Shown here: one piece after another, positions 52,564 to 64,000 of the stretch
How positions within the stretch are numbered: position 1 is the first letter of the stretch
How the letters are laid out: each line of letters opens with the position of its first letter
Assembly (NCBI GenBank): GCA_964304625.1
Contig: OZ199838.1
Span: 15,786,017 to 15,850,016, forward strand
Direction: 5' to 3'
DNA: 64,000 nucleotides
Source of the DNA: Kudoa neothunni
Lineage: Eukaryota; Animalia; Cnidaria
Translations under genes and position numbers: made by a program
The notes under the pieces: generated by a model
What the model was told of the DNA's origin: nothing
The model's database searches: none
The model's input: only the letters and a program-made list of their open reading frames with translations

Positions 52564-53435
52564 TACTAAAGACTAATAAATATCCCATAGTTATATTTTA
52601 TCTATTGCCAAATAAATTATTCCCTATTGATATTTTAAAGTTCTCTATAATTCGCCCAAATTGAATTCCAAACTTGATGTAGATAACTCCTCAACTTAAT
52701 TTATTTGGCAAAATTTAATGAACTTAAGCGTGTGCTATGACTAAACAATCCACTATCTATCGAATGAAAATTCATTGAAGAGTGTATTCTAAATTTAATT
52801 AGAATTATCTTAATTAGAGTAAAAAATAAGTTGAAGATATTTGAGCGGCAAAATTTAACTTCACGTCACATGCAAGCAAGCGCAACACTAACTTTTAATC
52901 TCGTAAACTTCCCTCACAAATAATATACAGGTGTAATTCTTTAGAATCTACTATATTTAATTGTTTTTATCTCAATTCCTCCACCTTAAGGGCAGAAATA
53001 AATATAGTCAAAACTAACGATACCTGAACGTCATTTACTATGTAAATAACCATTTAATAAGAAAAAGGGGATTCTGAGATTTATAACGAACTATCTATCA
53101 ATTGGGAATTTGAAGACCTTATATTTAACGACAATCAACAAAAAACGTCATTAAAATATTAAAACCCCGTGAGCAAATGACCAAAAATTAATGTTTAAAT
53201 TTACTCCAAGCTCAATCCTTAAATTTTACTTAAAAAGCCTCATATAAAAACAAAATAATTTTTAGCATAAAATATAACATCAAAATATTGAGCCAATCAC
53301 GCTATTATTATTATTCGTTGAAGCTACTAAATGGAGTTTTTTAGACGCAAGAATTATTGAAATACACATAAAAATTAACAATTATGCAAAAACAATAACA
53401 AATAATATCAATCCGGTGTTAGTAGTGACTGCAAT

Positions 53436-55009
53436 TCAAAAATTGAATCGTTTAGGTGTGATAAAATCGTTCACAACCTCAAGCGTTATAGCACTGCGAG
53501 CTTTTTGGTATGATGTAACCATAGTTTGGAGTACTGAAATGAGTTCTTTTTTTACCTCTCCGGTTAGCATTTCTCCACTTTGATAAGCCTAAATAACAAA
53601 TTACCGAAAATAGATCTAATCTAATTTATAGGAGAGATATTAGAATACCTTAGCTATTGACTCTAATTTTTGGTCATCTTCCATAAAATATCTCAAATAC
53701 TGGTAGCTAACATCGACATCGAGATCAGCTCCCAGTTTGCGATGTTCTTCGACAGTAGCTTGTCCTCCTGAAAAAGCATATTTGTTGATCTGAAAATAGC
53801 CACATTAAAAATCAATAAATTATAGAAAACACGTGAAGCGAACTTTTTTTTTAATTTCATTGGGAGTATCCGACAAAAATATGGAAGAGAGAGGGTCACT
53901 TGCGCTCATCTTTGTTTTAGCTCCCTGTAACGCGGGAATAAACTTTGAAAATATGAGCGAAGGTTTTTTATAGTTTAATTTTGGGGCCACATCCCGTGTG
54001 ATACGAAAATAGGGATCCTATTGGTGAAATGAGCAAACCAACCACATTACAACTTCCAATTAACTACTTGATCGATAGCACAAGGAATAAGACAGGCAAG
54101 ATTTTTTTGTTGGAATGCTATCGGAAATGACGAACTAAAACTAGGACTGGCCTGTACTGATGAAAACATTATTTTGCCTATGTTGTCCGACTCGTTTAAC
54201 CCAAATACAGCCTTGGCTTGATTATAGGTGATGGATTTTTGTATTTTTAGCATATTCTTGTAGAAATCAGTGCACGACCTTAGAGATAAATCGATCAAAA
54301 TAAAACAACTGCAATCAAGACCAAGATCAATGCACTCACGACACGTAATCCAGATCTGAAAATATAAAGGTCAATTTTGGATCAAATCCACATGCAATGA
54401 TATCTTTGAGGTTTTCTTTCCCCATCGCATAACATTGTTCCAATGATTCGCCTTTGTAGAGAAATTTCTCATCGTCAGTAAGTTGAATAATCAATGGCAC
54501 TTGAAACACTTCCTGCAAATACCTTAGTTGTTGGTGTTGTAGTATCTCATATGAGTATCATTTTGTTGAAGTGATAGATTTAGGCTTACCTGGTGAAAAT
54601 AAATGGAATCAGATGGCCAATGTGCATTGATGTTGACGATGGGCCTCTACCAGTGTACAAGTAGAATTTTTCCCCTTTCTCATAACAATCCAAAATAGCA
54701 TTTAAATCTCTGTTGATTAAACATAGTTATATTTTTTTAATATTAACAACACCACGGTTACCTATGTGAGAAAAAAAACACCCCGTTTCAATAGATAATG
54801 AGGTTCTCTATTGGTTAGTCGTTTGATTCGTTCGATTTGTTCAGTTGTTATGTGTTGGCAACCGAATTTTTCTAAACATTAAAATTTATTGATTTTCTCA
54901 TAACCCCAAAAAATCTACCTATCAATTTATCATAATCCACACCTTTGTTGTTAGATGCGGTAACACCTTCAATTGTGACATTTTGAAACTTTTCATCGAG
55001 GTTATTCAT
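53436..55009 (-). CDS. WARS1: cytoplasmic tryptophanyl-tRNA synthetase, 8 exons, no WHEP domain
   Basis: [63 protein letters not shown]. Confidence 0.96.
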
Positions 55010-55059
55010 ATTGACAAGTGGCCTTTTCGATAAGAAGTAACGAAGACTTTTATGAACGA

Positions 55060-55069
55060 CGCGCATGCG
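55060..55069. promoter_or_regulatory. NRF1-like motif CGCGCATGCG upstream of WARS
   Basis: About 50 bp upstream of ATG 55009. Confidence 0.5.
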
Positions 55070-55549
55070 GCTATCTGTCAAGCATGTGGTATGTGTGTTG
55101 GAGGTACCAACAAATTGATACGTTTAAATAGAATATTATTGTTTTGGATAAATAATCATTTTATTCATACATTTCAATGTGAATAGAGCTTTCGAAAGCT
55201 TAAAAATAATTATTAACCCTTTCGTGCCCAAAGGTCATCGTAGATCCTATATCTTAGGGAACAATTGATTTTTATGTTCATGGCATTTTAATTATAGAGA
55301 GTTTACGACAATGTATTATTTTTTCTAAACTTTTTGGATTTCTCCTATCTCAAAATAACGTAAAACATAATTTATTAAAAATGCGTTGTATTTTTATTAC
55401 AGCTTGTTTTTCGAAATTATCGCTTGACTAAGTCGTACAGCAATTTACGAACATATCACGCTAGCATTATTAAAGATATCGAAACATAAAAAATTATATT
55501 TGTATAACGGCGTAAATATTTATTTTTCAACCCCCACACTAAAATTTAA

Positions 55550-58500
55550 CCCTCTAATGGTATATCTTTCTATACAATAAACCAATACCTAATAGATTCC
55601 AGATATTCTTCTAATAATATTGTCTCGATGAATTATTGTATAAGTTTTAATTTTATCTTGTAATGAAACTGAAACAGAAACAGAAACATGGGGAAAAATT
55701 TAGTCCATGTTTTTTTTTGATTGAGAATATTCCAAAAAATGCTAACTACTTCTAACTACAATAAAATAAAATTCCCATGAGCAGTTTTCGTAGAATGTAA
55801 GGATATGTTAGATAAATTAATTAAATGGCATGCGCGAAAGTATATGAAGGTGTGTGATTCTAATGATTTCATTGATGAATTTTGTTTATCAGAAAATGAA
55901 CATCATGTTGTTGACGGAAATGTCTTCTTATAGATGTTTCTTGTTGAAAAAATTGATCATTTAGATTAATTTAAAAATTAGAGATACCACCATGCGTCCA
56001 ATCATCACCAAATAGAGCTCGTTGTGGCAGCATTTTTGTATCCCGTGAAAGTGTATGTTGGAATATTATGTTCCCAATAAATAAAAATGCCTGATTTTCT
56101 TAAAGAACTCGTTGAACAATTAACCTTCCAAGTAAAATGGGGTATTTTTATACCCCGGACCTATTTAATCTTTAATTTTTTACCTCAAATCTAAGACTAA
56201 AATTTTTTATATTCCGTCTAATCTTTTAACGTTATATAATACATATTCTAACTGATACAAATTTTTTGTTTGTTCTGTAAAATAAAATATAACGCAAAAA
56301 TACCCTCCGAGTAAAATTGGGGTATTTTTACACCCCACATTTTTATTAAACTAAATTGTTCCAAATACAAAATAATATTCTGTTGGTAAATTTTATACAA
56401 TTTCATCGACGAATTATTGTTTAAATCAACAAATATTACTGGTCTTATTGTAACGCGCACGCGCACCAAAACGGTAGGAAAATGAGCTCGAGTGAGTATA
56501 GCGGCAGCTACTCTGATACTGATTCTTCTGACCAGGATTATTACTTTATATGTGATACGTCGTCAGATAATTCGGAAGTTGAAACCAATGCTCCATCTGT
56601 CTCTTTTATAGATAAGAATGGAACCTTATGGACAATTGAAAAACCCTCGACTTATAGAACTACGGCCGAAAATATTTTGACCAGTCGTGCTGGTATTTCA
56701 TCCTTCGTTTTGCAGAATGTAAATGAAATTCTTGACACGTTTAAAGTGTTTTTTTCGTCAGGAAATACATGATTTAATTTTAAAACATACAAATCAATAC
56801 GGTAAACATTTTTTTGGTGATGCTTGGAAGCAATTAGATAGTGTCGAATTCGATGGATTCATCGGATGTTTATTGTTGATGGGAATATTTGATGATAATC
56901 AACAACCAGTCAAAGAATTGTTTCGGTTAGAAGAGGGGAGACAAGAAAAATATTAGATAAATTTTGCCACATTTATGAACTCTGGGATATCTGGGTCGAC
57001 TCACTTATCCAGAGTTTTCGACCTTTTGAGGATCTTTGCGTCGATGAGCAACTTGTGGCTTTTAGAGGTCGTTGTAAATTCAAACAATATATGCCAAAAA
57101 AGCCTTCAAAATATGGCCTAAAGTTTTATTTAATAACTGACCCAAAGTCAACTTTTGTTTGCAATGCAATTGTCTGTTTGGGAAAGCGATCTCAAAATGA
57201 TACGAGGGCTGTGAATGTTGGGAGGCATATTGTTTTAAGGTTAGTGGAACCATTTGAACGTTCTGGTCGAAATGTCGTATGTGACAATTTTTTCACGTCT
57301 ATCGAGTTAGCGGATGAATTGTTACAAAAAAAACTTTCAATTGTTGGAACTATGCGTTCAAATAAGAGGGAGATACCACCATATTTGAGACCAGATAAAA
57401 CGACTCCTCTTCATTCATCTCTTTTTGTTTTTAATAACAAAAAAATGATGCTAAGATATATGCTTTGTTCCTCCTCAACAAACACCAAAATATCAACAGA
57501 AAGGCCATTAAAACCCGATGTTATAATGCATTACAATGCAGTAAAAGGCGGAGTTGATACGATTTCCAGATTATTGGCAGCAATAAATGTGAGACGAATA
57601 TCTTGTCATTGGCCGTTAATTGTTTTCTTTAACATGGTTGATATCAGTCTGATTAATGCGTTTTGTATGTACAAAAATTTATTCCCTTCCTCAAAATTAC
57701 TCCGGAGGGAATTTTTGAAAATGATGGCAACCTAATTGACACATCGACTGCTTTTGAGACGGAAACAAAATATGACAGCTAGTGAAGATTCCTCTGCTAT
57801 AATTGGACAAAATAGTTACGGGAGATGTCGATTTTGCGATAGGAAGTATGATAGAAAAACCAAAATAAAATGCGATGTTTGTGCTTCATCTTGCTGCAAA
57901 TTCCATTCCAATCATATTTGTTTTATTTGTTTGTTTAAACCGATAATTATATGTCAATTTTGTCTTATTCTTATTATTCTATTATTAGTGTTATTCTTTT
58001 GTTCGTTCATTTAATAAAATAATTCTAATACTGCTTTAAAGCTTTCCTAAAATAGAATCTTAAAAGTATTGTCAATAAACATTCTACTTCTGCAGTGTGA
58101 TCAATTTTGATTTGTGCGCATGCGCTATACATGCTTAGCTAGAAATATTGGTCTATAATTTCAAATTTAATCGATAAAAATACTTCAAAATTTTCAAAAA
58201 TAATTATTTTCGAATTCTTAATCATTTGGTTTAAAAAATGTGGGGTGTAAAAATACCCCAATTTTACTCGGAGGGTGTAAATTTTACAGTGCCTTCGAAG
58301 GTTAAACAAAAGAATAAATAAAAATCTCAGGATTGTTTATACACCCCAACAGGAACCTCTTCTTAATGTAAAGCGAGCAACATGTGGATACAGTGAAGTG
58401 AGAGGAAAAATGATAAAAAATCTTCTAAATGGTGCGAAAATTGTTATCAATTTTATTGTCCATGCCACGCATTTAAAAACATTTAAAATTTTGCATAACT

Positions 58501-58831
58501 TTCAAAAATTCTTTTTATGTTTTGTTTTAATATTTCAACTTGCGCAACACGTTTAATTCCGCTGAATTGACGCGATTACTTTATTAATATATCGATGTGC
58601 ACCGACGTAAGACGGGTTGTAACGAAACAGATTATCTCGTGGATTACATCAAAATTTAATATGCATTTACCAATGTTTCATCCACAGGAATTAAAAATTA
58701 TTCGACGATATTGATTATTAGATTTTTTAAAGTGTTATAATTCAAAAAAAATGTGGGGTAAAATTTACCCCCAAATCTAATCTATTCTATTACACGTTCA
58801 TCTCATCGTTTATTATGGGATCATTAGAGGG
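55550..58831 (+). mobile_element. middle piggyBac-type element B (~1.1 kb without its insert; no DDD core)
   Basis: TTAA|CCCTCTAATG and CATTAGAGGG|TTGA. Subterminal GGGGTAAAATTTACCCC. ORF remnant continues across the inner insertion. Confidence 0.75.
56124..58301 (+). mobile_element. inner piggyBac element C with disrupted PGBD4-like transposase (56482-~57950)
   Basis: TTAA TSDs at 56120-56123 and 58302-58305. Asymmetric subterminal IR CCCTCCGAGTAAAATTGGGGTATTTTTACACCCCACATTTTT. Motifs VDEQLVAFRGRC, CDNFFTS, GGVD, CRD CRFC..CDVC..C..H..C..C. Frameshift, deletion and stop present. Confidence 0.95.
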
Positions 58832-61800
58832 TTGAAAACTCATCCAATAAATGTATAAAAAATATACATGTTCCTCAGAATGACCTTGGGTACGTGTGCT
58901 GAATTTTTTAAACTAAAATTGTTCATGACTTCAACGTTACCAAGCTGAATAATTACCATACTCTAACCGAAATGATCGTTCTTCCAGATGTTGATTTATC
59001 AGATCCTGTCACGGTTTAGGATTATGTTGATGATGATGATGATGATAAAGTTAGGTGTTCAACAAACTTGAACGATATTGATTTTTGCGTTTCTTCATCA
59101 GATGATTTTGAATGTGATGGTGATAACGCAAACATTAAACGAACACGTGAAGGACCCTGACCCTCTGTTCCAGCGATGTCGTCACGGTAGATGAATTTGA
59201 AGATGTGGAGGAGTTGTTCTCTCTAATCGATTATTTTAAATTCTTTTTTAGCGAAGCATTGATCGAAATGATTACAAACGAAACAAATGTTTATGCAGAT
59301 CAGTGCGCTATAAATTTTCTAATAGATATGGATGAAATTCAAAAGTTTCCTGGCATAATTATCTTGATGGGAATTGTAAGAATGCTGCGTTACCGCTGCT
59401 TTTGGAACAGATCATTTGATCACCCACATCTTTCAAACGTCTTTTCAAAAAATTGTTTTGATAGAATCTCAAGATTAATTCATTTTAACAACAATGACAG
59501 GATATCAAATGATCAATCATCACCCAATTATGATCGTTTCGCCAAAATCCGACCCTTCCTGAAATATCTAAGGTCTGCGTTTTTGAAAGTTAAACCCGAA
59601 GTTTATCATTCAATTGTTTGGAAAATGATACATTACATGGGGGAATGTAAAGCTAAACAATACTACCCTAAGGAATCAACCAAATGGGGGTTTAAGGTAT
59701 TTGCAAGATGCGAAACTAGTGGACTATTGGTGTGGTGTATGATGGAAAAACCCCAGAAGTTGATCATTCATGTGGTCAAAATGTGTGAGACTCTTACAAG
59801 TCATAAGACTTTCTTAGACAACTTTGCCACCTCTATTCCCCTGCTTAATAATTTTAAAAGAGTGCAATACCTACTTTGTCGGAATCATAAGGAAAAATCG
59901 AATTAAAAATTGTTCTTTAACACCTCCAAATCAATCTAGTAAAATAGGTCGTGGTTCACATGTAAGTTTTTAGGGTAAATCAAACGGAATAGTGGAGTGG
60001 CAACCTGTTGGTGGGATGGTTCTGTCGTTACACCTTCTTCTTCAGAGCTGGTTAGCACAATAAAGAGATTTGATAGGCGTACAAAAAGAATGTTCACTAG
60101 TGAATGTCCTAATGTTGTGTCGGAGTACAACACAAATATGGGTGGGGGTAGACCTATCAGATATGTTGATGGTGTTATATAAACTAAATCACAAATACCG
60201 TAAATTTTATATGAAGATATTCTTTTGGGGGTTGAATACAACCATAACCAATGCATAATTGTTATATCGCTGTAATTCCAAAATCAGGAAAATTTCCAAT
60301 AATGAATTAATGGATCTGTTGTCTTTACACAGTCCATCAATAAACATTCAATTCACTATAAAAAATCAAATGTAGCAACAAAGCGTGGACGTCCTTCCCA
60401 TGACACATCAACGAATACAGAGTCGGTTAGTTATTCTACTCAGAATGGAATTAACAACTTATCTGAATCGTTCATATCTGACAATGTCGGTCATTACCCC
60501 GAAATGGTGGACGAAAAAAGCAAATGTCGATTATGTAAAAGAAATATCTAGTTCGTTTGTTTAAGTGCATTATCCCATGTTGCATAGTAAAAGAAAGGAA
60601 TTGTTTCTATTCTTATCACCATAAATAAAACTATATAATTGCGTAAAAATCTATGTTGAGCCACGATTATCGTTGAAAGTTTTGTTGCGTAAGTGCCCAT
60701 AAAGAAAAATGTAAAATAGTTACATTTAAAAATTCTATTAAAATTTCAACTTTTTACAGGTAAGATAAAAAAGATAATATTTTTAAACATAATTTTTTAA
60801 GCTCGAAATAAAAACTTGGACACGAAAGGGTTAACGGAATAAATTTTTTTATTAATATATTCCAAGTTATTTATAAATACTAAGATTGAAAGTTTTAACG
60901 AATTATTCGATGCACATGCACAAATAAAATTAAATTGGCTATCCACTACTGTAAATATCGGCATTTAATTGCCAAAAGGTTTATTTTTAACATTAAAGAC
61001 TTTAAAGACTAAAGATTTTTAAGTTTAAGATTATTTATTTTTATGTATATTAAGATCGAATAAATAACGATTAAAATAGTTTTAAGAATAATTTGTATAT
61101 GTCTTAAATAAATTCGGAGGAATATAATAATTATTTAAAAGTTGCATTTTTAGAGTCAGTACTGCATTACGTACTTTAGCCAGTTAATACATATTTTATT
61201 GGACTCTTCTTTAGAAACTATTTCTCGTATTTAATTCATTTGGCAACTGCCTAGACATTTTTTATGGATGAAAAACCATTAAAAATTCTGTTATAGATAA
61301 CAGGATTACAAAGAATACATTTATCAGTGTTTTATCCATCGTGTTGAATAAAAATGCAACCACACGACATAGTAAGATAATGAATTTTTAAATGTTAATA
61401 AATGCGAATAATTAAGAAAAAGAAGCAGTTACAACCTTCGTTGTATTATAAATCACAATGTATTATGATTCTGAGTTGAAATATAGATTTATTTCTATTT
61501 ATGTGTTTTTGTTGAGATGGAAAAGTAGCATATAAACGTTTCCACCAGAATATTCAATTATTCAATTATATTACAAACAGTAATCCACCTGACGCTTTGA
61601 GATCTATAATCATTAAAAGGTCGCTTTTCTAAATATTCTACCTCATAACAAGCAAAATTTGGTCTTGGATATGTGTGAAAATTTCGAAATTTTTGAAATT
61701 AAGTTTTGTAATAATATCGTAAAATAATTTCTCACTAAAAATTATAGAGTAAACGTGTTTTAATACTTTTTGAATGAAGTATACATAAAATTGTTTATAA

Positions 61801-62916
61801 CAACAATTTTAGAAGCTAATACCATATATTTATTCCACATTTTGGTTTTAACATAAAAATCTAAGGTGTTTCATAAAATTATTATTTTTGAGTGTTATAT
61901 TAACTAAAATGAGGGAGTTTGAACCGTTTTCGGATAAAGAAAGAGTCAGATTAAATAAAAGAGAAGACGGAGAAATATAAACCATTTTTCTAAAATTTGT
62001 TTCTGAAATCGAACGATGAAATCACACCTAACAAAGTGATCGTCTTAAAGCGAGTGAAGATATGCATTATTCGAATTATCATTAACTTCTCAAAGTCTGT
62101 AAACATTTTCCATTCGATAAAGAATTAAATAGCTTGTAATTGTTGCATTCGATGACCTAAAATCAGCCGCTTCCGATTCTACCCCACAAATTGCTGGTCT
62201 TCGTTTGGAACCTCAAATAAAATTATTTAGAGTGATTGAAAAAAAAAAATAAAATTCATATATAATCTGTAAATTATAATTAAATAAAGCAAAAAAATTA
62301 TATATTCAAATAAAATTAAGGATAGTTTTAAATTCACCGAAAGGTTCTGCGCATATTATAAAATTGTGAAAAATGTCATGATTAAATAAAAAGCTTGTCA
62401 AAAAATATTCCAAAGTATAAAATATAATACTTATAGCTTCTAATGTATGTGGATTTTTCAAAAATTTTAGAATATTGAGATGAATTTATAAATTACTTTT
62501 CCCCCTTTTTATCGAACCTTGAAGTGAATAATTTTCGAATATAATGGGCATTTAATTTAATAATTTTAAAATACAATGAACTATTGATAGATATCTAATA
62601 CTCAAACGTAGTTGTTGAATTTAAATAGAATTAAACATTTAATAAGATTAAACTTTAATTATTTAATTTATAGTGGTGATTATTAAAGAGTAAAATCGTC
62701 TTGTTTACTGCTCTAAACTTATTAAAGTACTTGGGATAAAAATATAGTTTAACAACATTAAAGTTTTAAATAAATTAATATGTGAATAAAAATAATTTGA
62801 AACATCGATGTCTTAGTATTATTGGATATAGATAACTATAATAAAGTATCTGAGAAATGATTAATCGAGATTAATATAATCGTATTATTATATTCGACTC
62901 CCCTCCATTCACGTCG

Positions 62917-64000
62917 ATGAAAATAATATTGTTATTATTTCGTTTTTTCGTTTTGAATATTGCTTAAGTAAAGAAGTTGATATAGTATTTTTGAGTGCAT
63001 TAAATTATCGTTTGATTTCCGTTGGTAGTATGGAATAATAATACATCGAATGGTAAATACACTGATGGCATATATTTACAAATTTGGTCCTAATGATGAT
63101 GCTCAAAAGATAAACTTGATTGACCATAAAGTTTGTTATAAAGGGAGTATATTCGTTTATATGGATACGTATTAAACAAATTATATTTTTAGATGATTTT
63201 GAGGTCGAGAATTTGGACAATTGGAAATTAATGCTTCGCAGTTGTATTGAAAATATAAAGAAAATAAAAACCATACAAAATATTCCATTATCAAATATCC
63301 GAATTTTGTTTGCTGGTCTACAACTGTGGAGAGAAAAAAAGCTATAAATTTAATTATTATATTTATGAATATAGATATTTAATAGGGTAAGTGATCCGAA
63401 ATTTTTATGATCACTCTATAAAAGAAATAAACAAATATTTCAAGGACTATTTAAAGATTGAGGGCAGAGATTTTTTCGTGGTGGTAGAAACTGTATCTGA
63501 GGTGGCATTTAGATTTCTACAATGGCAAACCCAACCAGTAGAATTGTTTATAGTCAAATTATTGGCTTGGAAATTTAATTTTACTTGATAGAAATTAAAA
63601 ACCCGGTTTGATGGTTTTATATTATACGAAGATACAAATTATCTGATGGGTTATATCCCTCAGAAAGGATACAATTTGTCAAATTTAGTCCATCATAAAG
63701 TGATACATTGGAATGGGAAATATGAGATTATAGCTGGTGGCTATTTCGATAATTTTAGATCTAGTTATCTAAAAAAACCTATAAATTCAAAAGTAATATC
63801 AAATCACTTATCCAGCATAAGTAAAACCATTTTCAGCATCCTGTACTCTTCAATGTGCACTTGAGTTCAACTATAGAATGTGGTTGTGTTTATCTTGGCA
63901 TTTTACTACATGATACTAAGTATCCTGACCGTAAAAAGTTGCCTTTCGCATTTAACCGAAACCATAAGCTTGTATCCGTACCGAATTCATCAGTCGTATA
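62917..64000 (+). CDS. secreted GDA1/CD39 (NTPDase)-like protein with degenerate apyrase-conserved regions; frameshifted, runs off the window
   Basis: Exon 63029-63146 YGIIIHRMVNTLMAYIYKF aligns to CD39 YGIVLDAGSSHTSLYIYKW. LFAGLQL aligns to ATAGMRLL, VSEVAFRFL to QEEGAYGWI, and GFILYEDTNYLMGYIPQ to GALDLGGASTQVTFVPQ. Signal-peptide exon upstream. Two apparent 1-nt indels in T-runs. Confidence 0.62.

Larger units (their letters stand above)
55217..60830 (+). mobile_element. outer piggyBac element A (transposase remnant ~58970-60625)
   Basis: TTAA|CCCTTTCGTGCCCAA and TTGGACACGAAAGGG|TTAA. Fragments YDRFAKIRP, KWGFKVFARC, FLDNFATS, EYNTNMG, C-terminal CRLC. About 2.3 kb once nested inserts are removed. 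Confidence 0.92.

Noticed and set aside
1-64000. Alternative genetic code or prokaryotic operon/defence system
   Set aside because: Conserved genes translate cleanly in the standard code once spliced, and in-frame stops are confined to decayed elements.

Overview
AT-rich eukaryotic nuclear DNA with short (mostly 40-70 nt) GT-AG introns and very divergent, compact animal-type genes. This suggests a fast-evolving, reduced metazoan such as a myxozoan or orthonectid (inference, not proven). Spliced host genes reconstructed by hand: MPP10 (-), a TMCC/TEX28-like coiled-coil plus 2-TM protein (-), an hnRNP A/B-like 2-RRM protein (+), THOC3 (-), U2B''/SNF (-), an L-gulonolactone oxidase-family flavoprotein (-), katanin p80 (+), cytosolic TrpRS (-), and at the right edge a secreted CD39/NTPDase-like gene with all visible catalytic motifs erased (+). 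The gaps between genes hold decayed DNA transposons: piggyBac (including a three-level nest), Merlin/ISXO2 (one with spliceosomal introns, one with a microsatellite at its catalytic Asp, one MITE with an 8-bp TSD), pogo/Tigger, hAT-Buster MITEs and a Helitron. The main leads are the NTPDase-fold pseudoenzyme, the GULO that lacks its covalent-FAD histidine and needs a GC-AG intron, the intron-bearing Merlin transposase, the piggyBac derivative that keeps only the DNA-binding C-terminus, and an NRF1-like GCGCATGCGC palindrome just upstream of housekeeping start codons. All assignments come from manual reading and recalled family motifs; no searches were run.
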